From a virus: a stretch of DNA of 64,000 bases. A program made the position numbers and the translations under genes. Under the pieces are notes generated by a model. The model was given only the letters and a program-made list of their open reading frames with translations. It was not told where the DNA came from and ran no database searches. Positions 19,882 to 27,660 of this stretch are shown in pieces; within the stretch, counting starts at the first letter, position 1, and each line of letters starts with the position of its first letter. Location of the stretch: IMG/VR virus record IMGVR_UViG_3300027863_001119, positions 32,001-96,000 of that record. The stretch is one strand, 5' to 3'.

Positions 19882-22704
19882 ATGAAAAGAATCATAATTA
19901 TCATTTTATTCTTATCACAAAATTTATTAGGACAGTTTGCAGGAGGAAGTGGTACTCAAAATGATCCTTATCTTATTTCTACCGCTCAACAATTTAATCA
20001 AATTCGTAACCAAGGTTCTAATACAACTGTTTATTACAAATTAATTAATGATATAAACTTAGATGATTTAGGAGTAGGTAGCGGAGGAAATTGGACTCCA
20101 ATAAATATATCTGCACGAGTATCTCTTGATGGAAATGGTCATGTTATAAGGAATATGAAAATGTATTATGAAGTTACGAGTGGTAATTATATAGGTCTTT
20201 TCTCAGGTGCTACTACTATTAGAGTATTCAATTTATCTTGTAAGAATTTTGAAATAGTAGACTCTACTTTAAATAATAATATGACAAATTCCTACATAGG
20301 ATTTATTGCTGGAAGATTCGGAACTTCTTTTTCTGATTTTAGAAATTTATTGTATAGAGTAATAGTTGATTCTTCAAAAATAATACTGAAAGAAAATTAT
20401 ATTAACATGCAAAATGGAGTCGGTGGAATTATAGGATATATTGGTACTACTACTTTAGATAGCGTAAAAGAATGTGCGATAAGAAATACTCTTATATGGA
20501 CAGCAGGGGATGGGACAAGCGGCGCAGGATTTTCAACAGGGGCAATTTGTGGTACAATTGTAGAAGGAGTAATTCAAAAATGTTTTGCAGAAAATGTACA
20601 TATAAAAGGAAGAAGATACTTAACATCTTCTGGAAATCTTGGAGCGTTTTTAGGATATATAGGATATTCTGCAAGTTCGAGTGGAAACGTAATAATAGAA
20701 GATTGTTTTTTCAAAGGTAAAATAACATTAACAACTAATTCTGGAGGAGCTACTGTAGGGTTTGTTACAGGAGTAGGATATTCAGGCGGAAGTCCTAATT
20801 TAATTATAAGAAGGTGTTATAGTACCACACAATTTGAAGGACCCGCGGGAGGTTTTACTAAATTAGGATGGTCTGGAGTTTCTCAAAACATATTCTATTC
20901 ATATTTTAATTATGAAATTTGTGGTACTCAAAAAAGCGCTTCTGTTTTAGTAAATTCTGATTCTGCTATAGCGAAGCTAACTGCAGAAATGAAAACTCAA
21001 AGTACTTATACAACATGGGATTTTGATAACACTTGGGCAATCGATCCTTCAATAAATGAAGGATATCCTTATTTAAGATGGGCTCCATTAACAAAGTATG
21101 ACACTTTAAAGTTTTTAAGTCCTTATCAAAATTCTTTATTTGTACAAGGGGATACTGTAAAGATTAAATGGTATTCTTCGAGAGATTCTGTAACTTTATT
21201 TGTATCTTTTTTGCAAGATTCTATTAATGTTTATAATAATACAACTTACCTTCTTCCTTTACCAGACTCAGCTCATAAATTTAACTTTACTATTATTGGA
21301 AAACCAATTACAAAAAATAATGTTGTTCCAATACCAGATACTTTATTTTTAAGTTATCTGCCAAATAGATATGTAGAAATTGATTCTTTATATATAAACA
21401 TATACGTTTTAAATCCAGTAAATTCCGGAAATTTTCAAAAAGACCTTAATGCAGTATTATCTTCAATGATTGTAGATACTGTAATACATGCAAAGATACT
21501 AAGCGTAGGATTAGATACTTTGGATGTAATATTTGTAACTCCTGATAGTATATTATATAGAGTTGGCTATTATAAAGTACAAGATACTACTCAAATACCG
21601 AATATTACTTACGTAGAAATTCCTTTAAGAATGTTTAGAAAAGGAATAGATGCTTGTGGTATGGTTAGAGTAGGAGAAAAGATGGCAGTAGTAGCTACTA
21701 CTCCTATACCAGAAGGAGGGTCTAGTATAACAGGATTTTCTGGTACATTAGGAAAAAGTGGAAAATCGAGTGGAGTATACTCTGGAGCATTTACTTATTT
21801 AGATATAGAAAAAGTTCTTAACTATCGTTTTGAAAGAATAAAAGTCGATATAAAGAAGGGCAAAACTTTGCCTAGTCCTTGTGGTTCATATTTTTGTTGT
21901 AATTACGTAGGAGGATTATTCTCTGGAATAATGTACATAGACTTAACTTGTGGATGGTATTCAAGTCCTCAAGGATGGACATCTAAAGATGGAAAAATGG
22001 TGGCGTGGGGGTACAACTTTACGGGTAAGAAAATAGAGCTTCCTATTTGGATACAACCATATCACAATAAAATAGTCTTTGAAGAAGAGTATCATTCTGA
22101 TTTTGTTTTACAAAGAAGTTGGTATACTTTTAAATACAAAGTAATAACAGTTTATGGTAGTACTACTTTTGATTGGAGTTGGTTTGACCCAGGTCGGTCT
22201 TTTTCTCAAAGTCAGGTTTTTTCTGATTATAATTATCATCCTACTTCAGTTCTTGTAAAAAATCCTTTTATATTCTTTGTTAATGAAAATAATGAATTGG
22301 TTACTCAAATAATCTTACCACATAAAACTTATGAGATTAAAACTTTCTTACCAGAATTATCAGAAAGAGGATTTCAACCACCATATGATATAGAATTCGA
22401 AATAATAGAAGGAAAACCCGTTTTATCTATATCAGATTCAAGAGATAATGCATTAGTAATGTTATTAGACGATCTCTTTAAACTATCTACAGAGGAGATA
22501 GAGAAGTTAGTTAATCCAGTTTTTATGACAAAAAAGATAAGTGTTAATATTATCAATAAACAATATTTATCACAGGATGTAATAAATTATTTATCAGAAA
22601 AGATACAAAATTGTGAATTTATTTATAATAGCAAAAGAAATTATTTTAGAGGAATACATCCAAAAATTTGGAAATATGGTAATCCTCAAGGAGAAAAAAA
22701 TTAA
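19882..22704 (+). CDS. Secreted GLUG-type beta-helix adhesin-like protein
   Basis: MKRIIIIILFLSQNLLG-Q signal peptide; FAGGSGT..DPYLIST, LDGNGHVI.N, GGIIG and WDF...W....NEGYPYL motifs of GLUG-repeat surface proteins. Confidence 0.7.
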   Translation: MKRIIIIILFLSQNLLGQFAGGSGTQNDPYLISTAQQFNQIRNQGSNTTVYYKLINDINLDDLGVGSGGNWTPINISARVSLDGNGHVIRNMKMYYEVTSGNYIGLFSGATTIRVFNLSCKNFEIVDSTLNNNMTNSYIGFIAGRFGTSFSDFRNLLYRVIVDSSKIILKENYINMQNGVGGIIGYIGTTTLDSVKECAIRNTLIWTAGDGTSGAGFSTGAICGTIVEGVIQKCFAENVHIKGRRYLTSSGNLGAFLGYIGYSASSSGNVIIEDCFFKGKITLTTNSGGATVGFVTGVGYSGGSPNLIIRRCYSTTQFEGPAGGFTKLGWSGVSQNIFYSYFNYEICGTQKSASVLVNSDSAIAKLTAEMKTQSTYTTWDFDNTWAIDPSINEGYPYLRWAPLTKYDTLKFLSPYQNSLFVQGDTVKIKWYSSRDSVTLFVSFLQDSINVYNNTTYLLPLPDSAHKFNFTIIGKPITKNNVVPIPDTLFLSYLPNRYVEIDSLYINIYVLNPVNSGNFQKDLNAVLSSMIVDTVIHAKILSVGLDTLDVIFVTPDSILYRVGYYKVQDTTQIPNITYVEIPLRMFRKGIDACGMVRVGEKMAVVATTPIPEGGSSITGFSGTLGKSGKSSGVYSGAFTYLDIEKVLNYRFERIKVDIKKGKTLPSPCGSYFCCNYVGGLFSGIMYIDLTCGWYSSPQGWTSKDGKMVAWGYNFTGKKIELPIWIQPYHNKIVFEEEYHSDFVLQRSWYTFKYKVITVYGSTTFDWSWFDPGRSFSQSQVFSDYNYHPTSVLVKNPFIFFVNENNELVTQIILPHKTYEIKTFLPELSERGFQPPYDIEFEIIEGKPVLSISDSRDNALVMLLDDLFKLSTEEIEKLVNPVFMTKKISVNIINKQYLSQDVINYLSEKIQNCEFIYNSKRNYFRGIHPKIWKYGNPQGEKN

Positions 22705-22719
22705 TAAAGGAGGTTCAAA

Positions 22720-24693
22720 ATGGAGAGACCTTATTTTTTTAATGATCAGTTAGTTTTAAGCGAAGATTTAAATAGTATAAGTGATAGTCTTATTGGAAAC
22801 TTGCAAAATGTAATAAGATCCTTTTTAGGAAGAAGCGGGGGATACAATGAAGATCAACTTGTAACATATGGTAAAGATAAAGGCGGGGTTATAGGAAGTC
22901 CCTCAGAACACACTATGAATAAAAATCTAAAAGTAGTAAAAGTTCAAGATGATACAATAAGAATATATCCAGGGGCTGCTATATTAGATCCTGGAGAACT
23001 TATAGTTTTACCTGGAATTCTTACTATATCTAAAGGAGAGTCTTCACTTTATTATAGATGGACTTCTTCTCCTAATGATATTAATTATGTTAAAATTTCC
23101 TACGCAGAAGCTACTGGTAGTTTAAAAGCGGATGACTTAGGTGTATTACATCCTACAAGATACTATAGGTCTTTCTTTGTTTCAATAGATAATCTTCCTC
23201 CATCAACATCTTCTGAAATATTATTAGCAAGATTTCAAGCAGATGGTAATGGTAATATTGATTCAAGTGGTATAGAAGATACTAGATTGTATACAAAATG
23301 GTTTACTACTGCAGATTCTGTTGGAGTAGACCCTTATAAAGTTCCAGTACCTACTCACAAATCAGTTGCAGATCATATATATTCAACAGGGTCTGCAACT
23401 CCAACACCAAACAATCCTCATGGATTAAGTTTTGACGATCTTGGAGGAGATTTAAAATTATTACAAAAACGACACGCAACAGATTTACATGTAAATGGAA
23501 TTATCCCTATTGGAGTAAGAAACCAACAGACTCTTGATAGTTATAAAGGAGTAATCAATGATCAATATATTGGAGCATATATTTCTTTTAATCCTCCTTC
23601 TAATGCTTTTTTGTTAGTAAATGGTAATGTAATAACAGGAAGTTTACCTATTTTACGTGCATCTGATGCTCCGTCTGACGGTTTATATTTTGCAGTTGTA
23701 AACTCACAAGGAGGAGTTGAGTGGAAAGAATTTGATAGTTTTTTCCTTACTTATATTGATAATCTTTTTTCATTTAACTTAAATGGATATCATTATAGTA
23801 CAGGTCATAAAGGAATTGAATATTATCCATTAGGAGTTGCTGAAATAGCAGATGCGGGAGATGATATATTATCATGGACAGATTGTAGAACATTTTATGG
23901 AAATAATATACTTGACATTGCTGCAGATTATGAAGAGGGTGTACAAAATCCTTCTACATCTGAGTTAACATTAACTAGTTCTCTTAAAGATACATTGCAA
24001 AGATTACGCTATCAAATAGGAAAAGCACTTACTGGAACAGGCAGTAACTGGAAATCTTCCAATCCTTTAACAGCTGGACCTACTTCAGATGCAGATCCCT
24101 ACCATACTCATTTGAGTTTGCAAAATAAGAGTGATATTTATGTTATTCCTTATAGTCTTTTTGATCCATATATACCACCTACTCCTGCAAACCTTGATTT
24201 TGATCAATTTCTTGATGTTTGTCAATTTATACCATGGCATAATATTACTGGTAATCAAATATCTCAAGCAGATATAATTACGGGTAATCCCACTTCTGGC
24301 ACCGGAAGTTTTCAAATTACGATCAAAGAAAAAGGAATATATGAAGTAGCGCTTTGTAGTACTCATTATTGCTCTTATCAGGTTACGGGATCATATGGAA
24401 TGATTATAATTAAGCCATATCCTTCTGGAAGTATGCAACAACCACAGTGGCAGGTTGCTGGTTGGTCTTTTGCTCAGGTAGACTCACATTACACATATAA
24501 TTCTTTAATTACAAAAGCAATTGTAAATGTAGATGATACAAGTGGTATTTATAATAAGTTACTTGTAACTGGATATAATTATGTTACTCAACCTATCATT
24601 TGTATGAGAAACACGCGAAATTTATTTAATTTTAATGATCTACATGGAGGATATGCAACATATTTAAGAATAACTAAACTAAAGAATCAGTAA
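22720..24693 (+). CDS. Tail fibre / baseplate-attached structural protein
   Basis: GGAGG SD; N-terminal FFNDQ....DLN, I.PG.AI...GE.I, ILLARF and NPHG motifs common in myovirus fibre-base proteins. Confidence 0.55.
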   Translation: MERPYFFNDQLVLSEDLNSISDSLIGNLQNVIRSFLGRSGGYNEDQLVTYGKDKGGVIGSPSEHTMNKNLKVVKVQDDTIRIYPGAAILDPGELIVLPGILTISKGESSLYYRWTSSPNDINYVKISYAEATGSLKADDLGVLHPTRYYRSFFVSIDNLPPSTSSEILLARFQADGNGNIDSSGIEDTRLYTKWFTTADSVGVDPYKVPVPTHKSVADHIYSTGSATPTPNNPHGLSFDDLGGDLKLLQKRHATDLHVNGIIPIGVRNQQTLDSYKGVINDQYIGAYISFNPPSNAFLLVNGNVITGSLPILRASDAPSDGLYFAVVNSQGGVEWKEFDSFFLTYIDNLFSFNLNGYHYSTGHKGIEYYPLGVAEIADAGDDILSWTDCRTFYGNNILDIAADYEEGVQNPSTSELTLTSSLKDTLQRLRYQIGKALTGTGSNWKSSNPLTAGPTSDADPYHTHLSLQNKSDIYVIPYSLFDPYIPPTPANLDFDQFLDVCQFIPWHNITGNQISQADIITGNPTSGTGSFQITIKEKGIYEVALCSTHYCSYQVTGSYGMIIIKPYPSGSMQQPQWQVAGWSFAQVDSHYTYNSLITKAIVNVDDTSGIYNKLLVTGYNYVTQPIICMRNTRNLFNFNDLHGGYATYLRITKLKNQ

Positions 24694-24697
24694 AATT

Positions 24698-24707
24698 TTG
24701 TATAATA
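24698..24707 (+). promoter_or_regulatory. Candidate phage promoter motif TTGTATWATA
   Basis: TTGTATAATA about 34 bp upstream of the first glycosyltransferase; motif recurs before several genes. Confidence 0.5.
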
Positions 24708-24740
24708 CAATTATTAATAAAAAAAAATTAGGAGATAATC

Positions 24741-25961
24741 GTGAAACTATTATTTATTACTGATGATATTCGTTTAAATACAGGAGTAGGAATACAAGCA
24801 AGAAAGTTGACCAAAGGATTAGCAAACTTAGGTTATGAAGTAGTAGTAATAGGGTGTGCATTAAATCATAAAGACCTAACTCCTGTTAAAGAAGATGTGT
24901 TAATATATCCAGTTAACATAGGTAGAGAGTATGGGGATAAGAACTTTGTAAGGTATGTTATTGATAAAGAGAAGCCCGACTTTATAATTCCTTTTTCTGA
25001 TCCTCGATTTTTTGGATACTTATTTAAAATGGATGATGAAATCAGAGAGTATAGTAGAATAGTATTTTACCATACTTGGGATAATGACCCTTTTCCAAAA
25101 TTTAACCTTCCTTTTTATGAATCTTGTGATGCGTTAGTAATGATTTCAAAATTTTCTTATGAATTAATGAAGGAAAATATTAAAGATAAACCAATTTATT
25201 GTGTTCAACATGGGTTTGATCCTACAGAATTTTATCCTTTACCACAAAACATTATTAGAAAAGAAAGAGAAAACTTAAAAAATCTTGTAAATATGGAAAA
25301 TCTTGAGTTCATTATATTTTGGAACAATAGAAATATTATAAGAAAAAGAGTAGGAGATGTTTTAATGATTTTTAAAGAATTTCATAAAACTCATCCACAC
25401 TCTTTACTTCTTATGAATACTGATCCAATAGATGTTGAAGGTATAGATATACTACAATTTCATAGAGATTTAGGATTTGAAAAAGTTCCAGTTGTTTATA
25501 ATTTTGAAAAAGTAAAGTCTGATAGGTTAAATTTATTCTACAATATAGCAGACGTAACGTTTACGATAACTTATAATGAAGGTTTCGGACTTTGTGTAGG
25601 AGAATCTTTATGTGCAGGAACTCCTGTTGTTGCGACTAAAACTGGTGGTATGACAGAGCAATTAACGGATGGGAACAAAGTATATGGAATATTGATGGAA
25701 CCCGATGTAAGAACTTTATTTGGAGTTCCCGGTGCATCTTATATATATCAAGATTATGTTTCATTTGACACTGCAATTAATTCTTTGCATACTATGTATA
25801 AAGAGCGCAAAACATTAAAAGAAACTATTGGAAAAGAAGCAAGAGAACACATCATATCTCATTTTCATATAAATCAAGTAATAGAAAAATGGGATAAAAT
25901 TTTAAAAGAACTTTATGAACAACCAAAATCTTATAAAAGAGTTAAATTAACAACAATATAA
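24741..25961 (+). CDS. Glycosyltransferase, GT-B fold (GT4-like)
   Basis: GTG start after AGGAG; TGVG near N-terminus; NRN..RK and EGFGLCVGESLCAGTPVV (EX7E) motifs. Confidence 0.9.
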   Translation: MKLLFITDDIRLNTGVGIQARKLTKGLANLGYEVVVIGCALNHKDLTPVKEDVLIYPVNIGREYGDKNFVRYVIDKEKPDFIIPFSDPRFFGYLFKMDDEIREYSRIVFYHTWDNDPFPKFNLPFYESCDALVMISKFSYELMKENIKDKPIYCVQHGFDPTEFYPLPQNIIRKERENLKNLVNMENLEFIIFWNNRNIIRKRVGDVLMIFKEFHKTHPHSLLLMNTDPIDVEGIDILQFHRDLGFEKVPVVYNFEKVKSDRLNLFYNIADVTFTITYNEGFGLCVGESLCAGTPVVATKTGGMTEQLTDGNKVYGILMEPDVRTLFGVPGASYIYQDYVSFDTAINSLHTMYKERKTLKETIGKEAREHIISHFHINQVIEKWDKILKELYEQPKSYKRVKLTTI

Positions 25962-25972
25962 AGAGAGGAATT

Positions 25973-27199
25973 ATGAATAAACCGAATATTGTTTTAAGAG
26001 CTCCAGTTTTTTCTCAAAGTGGATACGGAGCTCACAGTAGAGATATTGCTATTTCTTTGTGGAATAGTCAAAAGTTTAACATTGCAATTTTACCAACTCA
26101 ATGGGGTGGATCAACAAATACTGCGGATACTATTCCCGTAAAAGATAAAGAAGTACTGTTATTTATGTGTAATAATGTTATACACAAATATGTTCCTTTT
26201 ATATTTGTACATGTTGGAATACCACCAGAGTTTACAAAAGTAGGCAATTTAAACGTAGGAATTACAGCAGGTTTAGAGTCAAACAAAATACCTAAGGAGT
26301 GGGTAGATAAGTGTAACTTAATGGATTTAGTAATTGTTCCAAGTAATTTTCAAAGAGATGTTTTCAAAAATAGTGGGGTTACTACTAAGATAGCAGTAGT
26401 AGAAGAGGGAGTAGATACTAGTATTTTTAATAATAATCCAGTTAATTCCGATGTCTTTGTATACAAACTTTTAGATGATTTACCGTGCGAAAAAAACTTA
26501 CTAGGTGTAGGTCAATGGTTGCAAGGAGGAATCGGAGAAGACAGAAAAGGGATAGGGTTGCTACTAAATTTGTTTGTAAAAACTTTTGAAAATAACAAAA
26601 AAGTAGGTTTAGTATTAAAAACACAAATTTCTAATAATTCTTCTTATGATTACTACCATGTACAACAAAGAATTAAATCTATTAAAGGAAACGCTTTATA
26701 TCCTAAGATAACTTTATTACATGGAAACTTAACAGATGAAGAAATGGCAATTGTTTATAAACATCCTAAAATAACAGGGTTTGTATCTCTAACAAGCGGA
26801 GAAGGATGGGGAAGAGGTATTGCAGAAGCGGTTGCGTGTGATTTACCCGTAGCAGTAACTGGTTGGAGTGGACATATGCACTTTATAAATCCTAAATATT
26901 TTAATGTTATAGATTTCGATTTAAAACCTGTTTCTAAAGGAGCATTATCTACTGGATTTTTTACACCAGATATGATTTGGGCATACCCTAACATCGAGGA
27001 CGCAAAAAAGAAGATTAAAGACTTAATAGATAATGAAGAAGAAAACAGAAAAAAAGCAAAAGAAGCAGGAGAAATATTTAGAAAATCATTTTCAAAAGAA
27101 TCTACTTATAGTAAATTAATTGACTTATTTAGTAACCTTTCTCAATCTCTTATTTCCAAAAGCTCCTTAGGAAATATATTGACTTTAGATAAGGTGTGA
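25973..27199 (+). CDS. Glycosyltransferase, GT-B fold (GT4-like)
   Basis: SGYG, DRKG and GEGWGRGIAEAVACDLPV motifs. Confidence 0.9.
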   Translation: MNKPNIVLRAPVFSQSGYGAHSRDIAISLWNSQKFNIAILPTQWGGSTNTADTIPVKDKEVLLFMCNNVIHKYVPFIFVHVGIPPEFTKVGNLNVGITAGLESNKIPKEWVDKCNLMDLVIVPSNFQRDVFKNSGVTTKIAVVEEGVDTSIFNNNPVNSDVFVYKLLDDLPCEKNLLGVGQWLQGGIGEDRKGIGLLLNLFVKTFENNKKVGLVLKTQISNNSSYDYYHVQQRIKSIKGNALYPKITLLHGNLTDEEMAIVYKHPKITGFVSLTSGEGWGRGIAEAVACDLPVAVTGWSGHMHFINPKYFNVIDFDLKPVSKGALSTGFFTPDMIWAYPNIEDAKKKIKDLIDNEEENRKKAKEAGEIFRKSFSKESTYSKLIDLFSNLSQSLISKSSLGNILTLDKV

Positions 27200-27202
27200 T
27201 GT

Positions 27203-27252
27203 ATGTCAACCTTTTTAAAGGTTGACATTCGAGATGCTTTAGCATCTCGAAT
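27203..27252. repeat. Two abutting perfect inverted repeats (12-bp arms, TT spacer each)
   Basis: ATGTCAACCTTT-TT-AAAGGTTGACAT (27203-27228) and ATTCGAGATGCT-TT-AGCATCTCGAAT (27227-27252). Confidence 0.9.
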
Positions 27253-27504
27253 ACTTTAAATATAAATTTGTTCTTTGATTTTATTTTTTGTAAGAAAACT
27301 AACTTATTATATTTTAATAAGTTATAGAAACTATAAAAAGCATTTTTTTAACAGTTTTACAATCTTGAAAAAAATTTGAACTTAAATTATCTTTTAGGTT
27401 TTAACAATTTTTAAATTTTTTATTTCTATAAATTGTTATTTTACAACAAGTTATAAAAAAAATAAAAAGAAATGTAAATTTGTATGAAAAAATGCAAAAA
27501 TCAT

Positions 27505-27514
27505 TTGTATTATA
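27505..27514 (+). promoter_or_regulatory. Candidate phage promoter motif TTGTATWATA
   Basis: TTGTATTATA in the long intergenic region. Confidence 0.4.
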
Positions 27515-27516
27515 TA

Positions 27517-27533
27517 ATCGCGCTTCGCGCGAT
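27517..27533. other. GC-rich hairpin ATCGCGC-TTC-GCGCGAT
   Basis: Perfect 7-bp stem with 3-nt loop; minus strand contains GCGAAGC. Confidence 0.85.
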
Positions 27534-27583
27534 ACACATATAATTATTTATTAATATTAATATTATTATTATAATAAACGCCA

Positions 27584-27618
27584 TATATAATACGATTATA
27601 TAATACGATTATATAATA
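27584..27618 (+). repeat. 13-bp tandem repeat TATATAATACGAT x2.7
   Basis: Units at 27584, 27597 and (partial) 27610. Confidence 0.85.
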
Positions 27619-27660
27619 GGAATTCGTAATTTCGAATATGTTAAAAAGGAGACTTAGGAA

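Noticed and set aside
1509-24693. Bacterial contractile injection system or tailocin rather than a phage
   Set aside because: Contiguous and co-oriented with phage-type replication, sigma, RNR and DNA-modification genes; no host housekeeping context
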